From: Candidatus Poribacteria bacterium
Lineage (GTDB): Bacteria > Poribacteria > WGA-4E > WGA-3G
Direction of reading: 5' to 3'
Length of the DNA stretch: 64,000 bases
Assembly: GCA_965197475.1 (NCBI GenBank)
Contig: CBDANF010000002.1
Span: forward strand, 416,001-480,000
The translations under genes and the position numbers were made by a program. This document shows, in pieces, positions 30,904-41,822 of this stretch (its first letter is position 1; each line of letters begins with the position of its first letter). The notes under the pieces are model-generated. The model did no database searches and was not told where the DNA came from. It saw nothing but the letters and a program-made list of their open reading frames with translations.

Positions 30904-30999
30904 GATACATCTCCGATTTTTAGGCGTTGAACCTTGTAGGCGACCCAAGCAGTTTCGCTGGGGATTGACTGAATTATAGAGTTCTCATAAGTAACATAT

Positions 31000-33900
31000 T
31001 TAGAAACCCATCATCGCTCGAACAAACGTTGTATTACTAATCGTATTCTGGAATAGATTAGTGGTTCTACGATAGCCCGCAAGAATGACGATATAGAAAC
31101 TTTGCCATTTTCCTCTGTTGATGGCTTGGATTTCCAAAATACGAGTTCGCAAGTCAGGGCGGTATAGGTTTGGAATGCTAATGTCAGGAGAGAAAGTTCG
31201 CAGGTAGTTCTTGAAGTTATTATCCCAATTAGTAAACTTCCTATATTGGAATCCTCCAAGGATCTTGAGTTTCGGTGTAAACTGATAATCAAGGCGGACA
31301 CCGAGAATATCCTCGCGACTTAGACGATTGAATCGCAAATATTCAACCGGTTCATCGTCGGTTGGGAAAAACAAGGATGGGTTGAGGGTTTTTGGAATTT
31401 CATCGGCACTTCGGTCAAAAGCGCGGTCCCAGACATACTTAACCATCGGTGTTAGGGTTATATCTCCACCAATTTTGTTGACAAATAGGAGATCTCCAAG
31501 TGGAATCTCGTATCTTGCCTTCAGAATGATTAGCTGATTACGGATGTCCCGTTCGGGGTAACGGCGTTTTTTCCAGTTCCTATCGTCATAGATTAAACCG
31601 GTGTCAGTCGGATCAAGTGCGTTAATTCCATGATCAGGATAAAACGGGTATTCTCGCCTTTTTCCATTAGTCCGAACCTGCTCAATAGGCACCATAAAGT
31701 CAACGCGTTCATCGGGTTCAAAGTTCTTTGATGCCGGGTCGTATGCAACATCCGTGAAAAATGCCCTTTCTTCATCTTGTTCAAACTGTTTTTGCATGAC
31801 AACCAAACATTTTGCTTCAAGTGTCAAGTTTGGCACTGCGGTATAAAGGCATTGGAGTGTTGTCGTATTCAAGCGAGCATTGTAAAAATCAAGTTCGTCA
31901 TTAATTTGAAGCGGTTCTAATTCTCCAATAGGCAAGGTAATTGTGTAATCCGGAATATCATCATGCACGCGTACAAATCTATTTTGGAAGTGAAAACTAC
32001 CAAAATCGGGGATGTCACGTTGATAATTGACATGTATGTATTTGGAGTTATTTCGGCGTCTGCTTGAAATTTCGCTTTCGTTTAACCAACCAATTTGGAC
32101 AGCAAGGTTATCAAGGATGTCATATTTTGCTTTGAGGTGATAACCCTGACGGTCTATCCCGTATTCGTATTGGGGTTCAAAGTCATCCTCAATCGAATCA
32201 AAGGTGCCGTTATTATTTTGATCAATAGCGTTGCTAAACACAGGTGGGTCAGCATCAAAAATAAGAAAATCTTCTTGATAGTCTAATACTCCGTTCTGAT
32301 CCCGGTCATCAGCACGCGGAATTAGTCCATCAAAGTCAATGTCATCGGGCCAATCATCGTCATCATCGTCATCTTCAATGAGTGTATAACTGGTAGCGTC
32401 CCATGGAGTTTGTTCTTCTGGAATTCGTTCTTCCAAAGGTATATCATTTCTCCCTCTTTCAAGTGTGAAAATTTGACCACGGTTCGGATGTGCCCCAAAA
32501 TTCAGGTAGTTGGTTGTGTAGCCTGGGTCAATATGATACAAAACACCTTCTAAGTGGAGTTTGTCAAAGCGAGACTCAAGTTGGATGAACCATGCCGTTT
32601 CTCTACCAAGTTTTCCGTTGCCACCTTCATCTGTCCCGTCACCCCCTAAAATAGCCTCAAAACGTTCACCTTCGGTTTCCGAGTAGGTGGGGATGCCATT
32701 TCTGTCTACTGGGAGTCCGCTGTTATCAATAGAAACACCTGTTGGTTCCTCACCATCGCGAGTCTGGATAGTAGTTTTGGTTCGACTAAATCCTACTTTA
32801 TCTTTGGGGATAGTAGGATACTGTTTGTATTTACCATTAATAGAGTAGTGTGTCCTGACGAAAACATTGCCGACAGTCCCTTCAAGGTCAAGTCCGTAAA
32901 GAGCAGCAGCACGTGCGGCACCATAGCGGTATCGGATTTTCCGAGGTCTCCCCTCACCTTTCCATTTACTGGGATTGTCTATAAGTTTTTCCCTGTTTTT
33001 GGTGTAATTTGGAGATTGACCGTAATTCCCCGGAGCCTGAATTATATCACGATACGGTATCTGAATGTGACCATCTTCAGTTTTAATCCACTCTTGTAGT
33101 TCGGGGTTTGACACCGCTTTATTTGCTTCACTAAATCCAATTACAGCGATGTTGTAATCGCCAGCAACAACCATCTCAAATACAACGGATTTGACTGTTC
33201 TCGGGTCAATGTTTATCCTCTCATCAGAAAGAATAAGGTCATATTTCATTTTATTGAAACCTTTGACAATTTTCCACCTCCCATCTACGGAATCATGTAT
33301 CTCTGATGGTCCTCCAGCGTGATCAACCGGCACAAGCTGGTCAGCATAAACTTCAAATTGACGAGTCTTTTTCGGTAGAAGTTTGGGTTTAATACTTTCT
33401 TTTATATCTTCAGGGATCAATTCTTCAAGTTCTTGTGTAATGATCGTAATCTTCATGCTTTTAAAAGCTGCACCGACACCATCTTGGATATTATCGCTAT
33501 GTCTGTCAGGATCATAACCATCAAAATCAGTGAAGGCACTCATGTGATTATCCTCAGGCGAGTCATCACGGAAAACAACTGAGATTGTTTCCGGGGGTGT
33601 ATTGGCTACAGTCCCCATTAATGAATTTATTACGCGTTCCGGATGTTCTCTATGCAAATTTACATAAGTAAATCCGACGCGGAACATTTCGCCTAAAAGT
33701 CCCTGACTGCGAAAACCGATGAGTCGTGTGTTTTCAATGTTCCTGACACCGGTCAATAGGTTCAACCCGTTTTGGCGGCCAAGATCCCGTCCGAGTCTTT
33801 GCATTGCTGCAGAATCTGTTATTTTAATAGAATTAGAAATACGTGAGTGGATGAGGGAAAAGAGATGGTGCTCTTGGGCAAAAGAAATATCCCACCGAAG

Positions 33901-34350
33901 CCCATCAAACTCAGTTTTGTATATAACATATCGGTTTGGAAACAGGGTAGCAGGTTTGAGCCGTATGTGATCGCCAATAGCAAACTCAGAAAATCTACCA
34001 AGAAAGGTATTTTCAACCAAGATGGTCCGGTCCAATTGCGCTGTGAAACGTAGACTATCAAGCTGACCTCCCCAGCCAACAATTAATTTACCGTTCTTAT
34101 CAAATTCTTTCTGATCAACGTACTTATTAAGTTCGCTGCCTTCCATAATCTTTTTACCATAAAGGTCATAGAAGTGTTGCGGGTTTTCTTCCATTTGGAA
34201 TCTATCTGAAAATTTAGCCTCCCCATCAATTGAAGGCAAGAGGGGTTTATGCGGTCCGAGACTTTCCGCGCCACAACCGTAGAACACAGACGTACTAAAG
34301 ATGCAAGTCACTACAAGTAAAGAATTAATCTCGCGTTTTAACTTGTTCAT
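31000..34350 (-). CDS. Large putative outer-membrane protein with lipobox-like signal and Asp-rich Ca-binding motifs
   Basis: VFYGC signal; DDDDDDDWPDD, DRDQNG and DQNNNG motifs; amphipathic strands ending FVRAMMGF. Confidence 0.6.
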   Translation of the reverse strand: MNKLKREINSLLVVTCIFSTSVFYGCGAESLGPHKPLLPSIDGEAKFSDRFQMEENPQHFYDLYGKKIMEGSELNKYVDQKEFDKNGKLIVGWGGQLDSLRFTAQLDRTILVENTFLGRFSEFAIGDHIRLKPATLFPNRYVIYKTEFDGLRWDISFAQEHHLFSLIHSRISNSIKITDSAAMQRLGRDLGRQNGLNLLTGVRNIENTRLIGFRSQGLLGEMFRVGFTYVNLHREHPERVINSLMGTVANTPPETISVVFRDDSPEDNHMSAFTDFDGYDPDRHSDNIQDGVGAAFKSMKITIITQELEELIPEDIKESIKPKLLPKKTRQFEVYADQLVPVDHAGGPSEIHDSVDGRWKIVKGFNKMKYDLILSDERINIDPRTVKSVVFEMVVAGDYNIAVIGFSEANKAVSNPELQEWIKTEDGHIQIPYRDIIQAPGNYGQSPNYTKNREKLIDNPSKWKGEGRPRKIRYRYGAARAAALYGLDLEGTVGNVFVRTHYSINGKYKQYPTIPKDKVGFSRTKTTIQTRDGEEPTGVSIDNSGLPVDRNGIPTYSETEGERFEAILGGDGTDEGGNGKLGRETAWFIQLESRFDKLHLEGVLYHIDPGYTTNYLNFGAHPNRGQIFTLERGRNDIPLEERIPEEQTPWDATSYTLIEDDDDDDDWPDDIDFDGLIPRADDRDQNGVLDYQEDFLIFDADPPVFSNAIDQNNNGTFDSIEDDFEPQYEYGIDRQGYHLKAKYDILDNLAVQIGWLNESEISSRRRNNSKYIHVNYQRDIPDFGSFHFQNRFVRVHDDIPDYTITLPIGELEPLQINDELDFYNARLNTTTLQCLYTAVPNLTLEAKCLVVMQKQFEQDEERAFFTDVAYDPASKNFEPDERVDFMVPIEQVRTNGKRREYPFYPDHGINALDPTDTGLIYDDRNWKKRRYPERDIRNQLIILKARYEIPLGDLLFVNKIGGDITLTPMVKYVWDRAFDRSADEIPKTLNPSLFFPTDDEPVEYLRFNRLSREDILGVRLDYQFTPKLKILGGFQYRKFTNWDNNFKNYLRTFSPDISIPNLYRPDLRTRILEIQAINRGKWQSFYIVILAGYRRTTNLFQNTISNTTFVRAMMGF

Positions 34351-34377
34351 TAGTTTTATGTTCCTTCTTAGTAACGA

Positions 34378-34666
34378 ATTACTAAAGTTTGAACAATTTA
34401 CATGCTATTCAAGTAAACTTCTTAAGAACCGGTGTCTACCTTCAAAAACTTGTGGTATTTTCTGCGATTTGCTGACTGAAAGAAACTCGTAGAAAATACA
34501 TATTGGCAGCAGCCCCAGTGGGGCGGAATGTGTATAGAAACGCAGGTAAACGACCCTTCTTAGCCCCAGCGGGGTGACAGGTGTCCAGCATTTTTGACTT
34601 TATAGACCTAATAGTCTCTCAGCAAGTCCACTTGAACAGCGTGTAAATTGTCCAAACTATACTAAT
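34378..34666. mobile_element. MITE-like element with ~45-bp imperfect IRs carrying AGCCCCAG(C/T)GGGG repeats
   Basis: AGTTTGAACAATTTACATGCTATTCAAGT vs reverse complement AGTTTGGACAATTTACACGCTGTTCAAGT; internal AGCCCCAG.GGGG at ~34511 and ~34562. Confidence 0.65.
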
Positions 34667-34673
34667 AATAAGC

Positions 34674-34719
34674 TGCACAAGTACGTGCAATCCGTACTAA
34701 CGTTGCGCGTACTTGTGCA
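34674..34719. repeat. Inverted repeat downstream of WD40 gene
   Basis: TGCACAAGTACGTGCAA..TTGCGCGTACTTGTGCA. Confidence 0.6.
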
Positions 34720-34805
34720 TTCATTAACCACAATCGCTGTTCTATCTATCAAATAGGTGAGGTTGCAACCATTGCTGTAAAGAAGTAGCAACTCGTCAAA
34801 CTATC

Positions 34806-37081
34806 TCATTTCCTGATAAGCATTTTGCGTATAGCGGAGAAGTCTCCAGCATTGATGGTATAAAGATAGACACCGCTACTCACCGGTTCCCCTTTGTCAT
34901 TACGTCCATCCCAGTAAACCGCTTCTGATTGTGAGGAATAGTCACCCGCAGACATTATCCCTGGCGATAGAGATCGAACCAACTTGCCACTTGGGGTATA
35001 GATGCGGATCGTGACACTGCTCTTGTCCGTAAGACGGAATGGAATCCATGTTTCAGGATTGAAAGGGTTAGGAAAGTTTTGTAGCAGTTGGTTCCGTTTT
35101 ATCTGTCCGAGTGTAACAAGCTGCTTATCTTTAGGTTGGTCGGCGGTAAGTTCAGGTTGTGAAGATAAGAGTTTTGTCCCGTCCCATATCTGGATTTGAC
35201 TGGCTTCATTGAAAGATATTAGAACGGAACCGTCTTGACTAAAATCATAATATCCGGGGATAACGACATGCTCATGTGGCGTTTGTGTTTGCCAATCCCA
35301 AATTTGGAGTTCATCATCTCGTTTGGCAAGAAAATAACGACCATCAGCACTGAAGTGCCCCTGGTGCCACCCATCAATTTTCGTCAGAAGTTGGGAAATG
35401 TCTGGGAGTAGATTCCAGATATGAATACCGTCTTTTCCGGTAGCTGCAAGGACAGTTGTCCCCTCCTCACCAGATGCAAAGTCTAACGTTGATCCTCTAT
35501 TAGATTTTGCTTCCTGCATTGAATATAAATTGACGAAAGTGTCGCCATCACGTTTCCACAACAGTATTGAATATTGATTGTTCCCGCCATAGCTGGTAGC
35601 AGCCAAATATTCGTCATTTTCACTGAATGCCACCTTAGATAAAAGACATACTGAGTTGCCGTTTACATCAGCTTCAATTTTCTGAATTTTGTCGGGATTG
35701 TTGATGTCCAAAATGAATACTTTTCCTAAGTCATTCCCAACTGCAAGCAACCTCCCAGAAGGACTAAAGGCAATTGCCTCAGCCATACCAATGAAATGGG
35801 GAAACTGTATTTCAGCTTTACCTGTTTGGAGGTCTCGTAATTCAATCCAAGGGTCTCTGCCAATTGCCAATTTTTCCCATCAGGAGAGAACGCAAAGTTT
35901 TCAAACATCTCATCTTCTGAAGAAACTAATAGGTTCAACTTTTGTGATGGGATATCCCATGTCTTAAAATGTGTATGAGATACAGAGATAAAAGTCTTAC
36001 CATCAGAACTCAGTCCAACCTTCCAACTCGGATAATCTGCCCATACATTGCGCTGTTGCTTTTCTCTGGTATCCCATAAAACCTCTGCATCCCTATAGTG
36101 TAAGAGTGCCGTTTTCCCGTCTGGTGAAAGTGCCATCATGTTTAAATACCGAAATTCTGTGCCAAACGTGTCAATCTGTTGCCCTGAATTGATATCCCAG
36201 ACGTAGACCTGATCGTCCCAACCCTGCCAAGGTCCATGACCGGATCTTCTCAGACCAGAAGTCGCAGTCGCAACATATAGGTGTTGACTGTCCGGACTAA
36301 ATTGCATGCTTGATACTCTTCCTATACCACTTGTTTGTCGCCATAACAGTTGCCATGTTTCCATATCCCAAACATAAATTAAGGGTGAATCATGTTCAGA
36401 CGTTGCTATGACCTTTCCGTTTGGACTGATTGCCATGTTTTCAATCCTTTTCAGAACGGGCCCGTCAAAGTGTCCTTCAAAGAGCAGTTTTTCGACATTC
36501 CACACCTCAATATAATGTGCTGAGGCAACTATCAGATAACGACTGTCTGGACTAAAAGCCATTGCTTTATACGGCGGAAAATTTACACGCGCCATTTTTC
36601 CAATAGATTTACCGGTTTGCCAGTTCCATAGATGTATTTCACGTGCTAAATAAGTCGCGAATATAGGTTGCGTAGGACTAAATGCTGCATCGTTATCGTC
36701 AACGCGTGATGCTATCACCCACTTAGTAAGAAGTTCTTGGCGATTGACATCCCAGATGTTTACCGTTGTCGTTTTCGGATCAACAGTATGATTCAGAATC
36801 GCTAAATGTGTAGCAGTCGGACTAAATACCACATCACTGAAATAGGTGCGCTCGCCGAATTCATCCACAACCTCACTTGTATTGGGATCGACAAGCTGAA
36901 TATGTGTTGGAACAACACGTAGAATCTGATCATTAGAAAGAAAAGCGTGCTTTTCAGGTAATGGCTGTCCAATGGTGCCGATAGGTTCAATGGCATATAC
37001 AATGCCAGGCATGCAGACAAGGCAAATGAGTACGATATGAACTTGCAAGTATCGTATAAAAAAAGTTGTAAGTGTTTTCAT
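34806..37081 (-). pseudogene. WD40 + FlgD-Ig protein copy 2, frameshift near 35875
   Basis: ORFs 35726..37081 and 34806..35870 join if one A is added to GGGAAAAATTG. Confidence 0.85.
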
Positions 37082-37230
37082 GAAGAATCTCCAATTTTGG
37101 GTTGAATTTTGGCAGGTTCCTAAAAGTGGTCGCGCTGAGGATAAACTGAATTATAGATTTCATCATAGTTGGTAAAATCTTCCAATGACCTGATAAAGTG
37201 CTTGGACGAATATTATCAAGTATGATTCCA

Positions 37231-38586
37231 CTGATATTTATCAAAATTCTTCATATGTCAATGTTTATCAATGTTTTCTTGGTATTTGTTCATGAAAATG
37301 CTCGCTGAGATCAGACAGCATCTGCCTCTGTCCTGAAAGTTTAAGTTGTCCTTGATGAAAGGTTTTTCGCACGGAGCGACTGACCTGCTGTATCAAAAGG
37401 TAGCTCATCACTTTCACACCTAAGTTCGCATACGCGCCATTCCGTCCTTTTAGGCTCATGGATGCGAGGTTTAGGTCTGTTTTTAGATACCGCCAATACT
37501 GTTCTATACCGTGGTGTTGAGACCATATCCGCAGGATTTCACAAGCACGGAGTGGTTTCCCGAATACGAGCATTGTTCGGACTTTGCCACGGTCTGCAAA
37601 GAACAACACCACTACTTTTCCAAAAGTTGGACTTGTGGCTTTAGTCCGATAGACCGGTTTATCGCACCCCCATTGATTGGAGAGGAGTTTGATCGACTTT
37701 TTATGCTCCGAGAGTTTCACCTTTTTTTCATCAATCGTCATCACATAGTTGCTTTTTCCGTGCACAAGGATCGTTTCAAATCCCATTTCTCGCAAGGTGT
37801 CAATCAAGTGGTGGCTGCCATACCACGAATCGAAGGTGATCGGATAGTTTCGGATATCTATTCCGGTCCCTTCAAAGAAGGACACCACTTCCTTGAACAT
37901 AGTGATGACACAAGAGGGTTTATCCGTGTTCCCGCGTCCTTGTTTGCTGACCAGTCGCATATTCAGCGGAATGATCTGATTTCCAATCTTTAGGACGATC
38001 CCCAATATATTTTGCCCCTTCATCGGCTGTTTTGCTTGAGAAGACCACCAATTGGATGTGTAGGCGAGACCCTCTCCATAGCGGAAAACAAAGGTATCAT
38101 CCACACTGATGACGATACGTAGACGCGATAGAGAAGCAGCACTTTTTGATACTGCCTCCTGTAGCACCTCTAACGCAATAGAACACCCGATACGCACAAA
38201 AAGATGCTGCCAGAGATAAAGACTCATCGTGTTCAGTTCCCGATATAGCCTCGTTTTCGGAATAGACAACGCATCCGCCACTTGATCCGGGTTAGTGAGC
38301 CCAAACAGATGGCAGGTTGACAAAAACACTAAGGTATGAACAAAATGCTGTTTCAAGGTCCGAAACTGTGAAGATAGAAGTTCTTGAAAAAAAGTGGTAG
38401 ATTTGATAAGCTGAGTTAGCATGAGATATCCTCCTAATGTTTGTTTATATTCAAATCTGTAATTAGGATGCTATCTCATGCTATAAAAGTCAAGGAAAAT
38501 GGACACAGCAAAAACGCATTTTCATGGTGCTATACCTTGTTTCTATTGATTATTATTAGGTTCAAGACCATTCTGAGAAATATCAG
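37231..38586 (-). mobile_element. IS701-like element, copy 2, 1356 bp, inverted relative to copy 1
   Basis: Same IRs as copy 1; 5-bp target duplication TTCCA. Confidence 0.9.
37268..38422 (-). CDS. DDE transposase (IS701/IS4-like)
   Basis: Near-identical to 17806..18960. Confidence 0.88.
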   Translation of the reverse strand: MLTQLIKSTTFFQELLSSQFRTLKQHFVHTLVFLSTCHLFGLTNPDQVADALSIPKTRLYRELNTMSLYLWQHLFVRIGCSIALEVLQEAVSKSAASLSRLRIVISVDDTFVFRYGEGLAYTSNWWSSQAKQPMKGQNILGIVLKIGNQIIPLNMRLVSKQGRGNTDKPSCVITMFKEVVSFFEGTGIDIRNYPITFDSWYGSHHLIDTLREMGFETILVHGKSNYVMTIDEKKVKLSEHKKSIKLLSNQWGCDKPVYRTKATSPTFGKVVVLFFADRGKVRTMLVFGKPLRACEILRIWSQHHGIEQYWRYLKTDLNLASMSLKGRNGAYANLGVKVMSYLLIQQVSRSVRKTFHQGQLKLSGQRQMLSDLSEHFHEQIPRKH

Positions 38587-38643
38587 TTCCAATATATGTT
38601 TAGGAGATGGGAGTCTATTTATCGATCACTTGTTGGTAACAAG

Positions 38644-38659
38644 TGCAATTTCCGTGCCA
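38644..38659 (-). promoter_or_regulatory. Sigma54 -24/-12 promoter
   Basis: TGGCACGGAAATTGCA, exact TGGCAC-N5-TTGCA consensus. Confidence 0.8.
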
Positions 38660-38720
38660 AAAACAAATTGGGTAAGGAGCACTGAAATTCAACATCAGGA
38701 AGCCTCGGACATGAATCACC

Positions 38721-38767
38721 TGCCCAAAATCGTGCAACCGGTACTTGACGTTGCACAATTTTGTGCA
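38721..38767. promoter_or_regulatory. Tandem palindromic upstream activator sites
   Basis: TGCCC-N6-GTGCA and TGCAC-N6-GTGCA, 31 bp apart, upstream of the sigma54 promoter. Confidence 0.55.
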
Positions 38768-38805
38768 TTCTCTGATCGTATACAGTTTTCTCAAACGGAT
38801 ACAGT

Positions 38806-41097
38806 TTATTTCCGAATAAGCATCTTGCGAGTAGCGGAAAATGCACCTGCCTTAATAGTATATAGATAGACACTGCTACTGACGGGTTCCCCTTCATCAT
38901 TGCGTCCATCCCAATGAACTGCTTTTGATTGTGAGGAATAATCACCCGCAGACATTATTTCCGGTGATAAGGCTCGAACCAACTTACCAGCCGGAGTATA
39001 GATGCGAATCGTGACATTATTTTTGTCCGCGAGTCTGAAAGGTATCCACGTTTCTGGGTTGAAAGGGTTGGGAAAGTTTTGTAGGAGTTGGTTCTGCTTT
39101 ATCTGTCCGATTGTGATGATCTGCTTGCCACGAGGTTCAACAAAGTAAGGTAGCAAAGAGAGAAGGTTTCTTATATCCCAAATTAGGTATAGTCCTCTTA
39201 AATCGAAATCATACGACATCACAACGGATCCATCCTGACTGAGAGAGAAAAATCCTGGAATAGGTGGATGATTGATAGGCCTGCTTGTCTGCCAGTCCCA
39301 GATTTGAAAGTTGTCACCATCTCGATTGGTAAAGAGATAGCGACCATCAGGACTAAATTGCACTGGACGATCTCCATCCAACGTTGTTATAAGTTGAGGC
39401 GCGTCTGGCAAAAGTTTCCAAATTTGGATTTCGCTCCACGGGACTGCTAACACTGTTGAACCGTCTTCAGTAGTTGTAAAGGCAGGGGTTGACCCGAATC
39501 CTTGTCCCGGCCAGGCGTATTGAAAGACGAATGTATCTGCTTCGCGTTTCCACAACATTATCCAGTATGTATAGTTGTTATTCTGACCTGTTCGTCCGGA
39601 CGCTGCAAAATATTCGTCATTATCACTGAATCCAAATTCCGCGTAATTTATTTTGGGGGGAAGTTTAACTTCTAAGTGAAGTAGCTGCGGTTTTTGTGGA
39701 TTTTTGGTGTCCAATATGGCAAGTTCATCCCAGTCATCCGACACTGCAAGCCACCTACCAGAGGATCCAAAGGCAACTTTCTCAACGGTACGAAAGGAAA
39801 TGTGGGAGTTGAGTTTCAATTTTACCGGTCTTAATGTCGCGTAGATCAACCCATGGATTCTTGCCAACAGCGAGTTTTTGACTGTCGGGAGAGATTGCAA
39901 ACCCCCGGAATTGATAGCCTTCGGCAGAAACAAGTAACCGCATCTGCTGTGAAGCAACATCCCACGTCTTAATAAAGTATGAAGATACAAAGGCAAAGGT
40001 TTTTCCATCAGGGCTCAACTCAATATCAGAATACCACAAGTACCTTACGAAATCTGCCCACACATTGCGCTGTTGTTTCTCTTTAATATCCCACAAGACC
40101 TCCCCATCCCGAAAATGCAAGAGTGCCTTTTGCCCGTCTGGCGATAGCGTTATCGTTTTTAAGTCATAAAATTTGGTGCCGAACGTATCAATTTGTTGCG
40201 CTGATTTGACATCCCAGACGCGGACCTGACCTTCCCAACCTTGCCAGGGATTGGTACCAGGATTACGCAATGGAATTCTCCTATTTGCAACATATAAGTG
40301 TTGACTATCCGGGGTGAATGCCATGTCTGAAACCCATCCTGAGCCATTTTCCGCCTTCCATAAAAGCTGTCGTGACTCTATATCCCAAACATAAATTAAG
40401 GGTGAATCACGTTCAGACGTTGCTATGACCTTTCCGTTTGGGCTGATTGCCATGTCTTTAAACCTTTTCAGGACGGCCCGTCAAAGCGTCCTTCAAAGAG
40501 AAGTGTTTCAACATTCCACACCTCAATATAATGTGCAGAAGCAACGATGAGATGATGACCGTCAGCACTAAACCACATCGCACTAAACGAAGGGTAATTT
40601 TCACGCGCCATTTTTCCAACAGACTCCCCAGTTTGCCAATTCCATAGATGTATCTCTATTGGTAAATAGATCGCAAATATAGGTTGAGTAGGACTAAATG
40701 CTGCATCATTACCGTCAACGCGTGATGCTATCACACGCTTAGCAAGAAGTTCTTGGCGATTGACATCCCAGATGTTTACCGTTGTCGTTTTCGGATCAAC
40801 AGTATGATTCAGAATCGCTAAATGTGTAGCAGTCGGACTAAATATCACATCACTGAAAAAGGTGCGCTCGCCGAATTCATCTACAACCTCACCCGTATTG
40901 GCATCAACAATCTGAATATGTGTCGGAACAACACGTAGAATTTGATCATTAGAAAGAAAAGCATGCTTTTCAGGTAATGGCTGTCCAATGGTGCCGATAG
41001 GTTCAATTGCGAACGCAACACATGGAATCCATACGATTTTGATTAGAACAAGAAAAACCTGAAAGTATTGTCTAAAAAAGGTAGAAAATGTTTTCAT
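38806..41097 (-). pseudogene. WD40 + FlgD-Ig protein copy 3, frameshifts near 40475 and 39795
   Basis: Three ORF pieces (40468..41172, 39782..40453, 38806..40008) are collinear with copies 1 and 2. Confidence 0.85.
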
Positions 41098-41190
41098 GAT
41101 TAGTCCTTCCAACTTTCTTTTACAAGAATTATACCAACTATCTTGACATATTATATCTGGTTTCTTTTTCAAAATAACATCTTAGCTCCT

Positions 41191-41607
41191 CTAATGATTT
41201 TGTGAGTCTTTTTTCTCAGGATATTTCTCAACCAATGTGAAAAGTTGAATTGTGTCAATACGACCTCTTCCCATTACAGAATAGTGCGCAATTTTGATAG
41301 CATCCGTCTCAGCAACCAGCGAAATCTCAAATGGAAACTCAATAGTTCTTTTTATACGCGTCATCGGTTCCCAATTGTTTCTTTTATCGCGGACAGCAAT
41401 TGCAATATTTTGGACCCTACCAGTACCGAGAAGTACAATCTTGTAAACACTTGCTCTTTCTGGGATAGAATAAATAACCCCATAGGACACAATTTTTTCT
41501 GAGATTCTTTGATCAATCAGTCTATACTCTTGCTCTGTTAAAAGTGCGGCGCAGCTTGTGAGTGAGAAACAGAGTACCATCAAAAGTAGATATTTCAATT
41601 GAGTCAT
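41191..41607 (-). CDS. Hypothetical lipoprotein
   Basis: MTQLKYLLLMVLCFSLTSC lipobox; GGAG RBS. Confidence 0.65.
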   Translation of the reverse strand: MTQLKYLLLMVLCFSLTSCAALLTEQEYRLIDQRISEKIVSYGVIYSIPERASVYKIVLLGTGRVQNIAIAVRDKRNNWEPMTRIKRTIEFPFEISLVAETDAIKIAHYSVMGRGRIDTIQLFTLVEKYPEKKDSQNH

Positions 41608-41676
41608 AATTCTTTCTCCGCAATACATTTGAGTGACAATTTAGACGATTCAACAAGTTCCTATATTCTAATGTAG

Positions 41677-41692
41677 TGCAATTCTTATGCCA
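41677..41692 (-). promoter_or_regulatory. Sigma54 -24/-12 promoter
   Basis: TGGCATAAGAATTGCA, correct GG-N10-GC spacing, ~70 bp upstream of the lipoprotein gene. Confidence 0.75.
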
Positions 41693-41763
41693 AAGCGGTT
41701 GAACTGAAATTGGTCTAAATGAGTAGGTTTTTACGGATACTGGCAGATAAATCGCTTTGTTAC

Positions 41764-41801
41764 TGACCAGATTCTGGACAGTACTGTTCAGAATCTGGTC
41801 A
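41764..41801. promoter_or_regulatory. Palindromic upstream activator site pair
   Basis: TGACCAGATTCTGGACA-GTAC-TGTTCAGAATCTGGTCA. Confidence 0.55.
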
Positions 41802-41822
41802 TAATTCTGTTCAATATTTCAA

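Noticed and set aside
38441-38945. ORFs 38441..38869, 38619..38945 and 17599..17787
   Set aside because: Read-outs from IS ends or overlaps of regulatory DNA; no protein features
28564-41097. Diversity-generating retroelement or shufflon acting on the WD40 genes
   Set aside because: No reverse transcriptase or invertase, and differences are not adenine-specific
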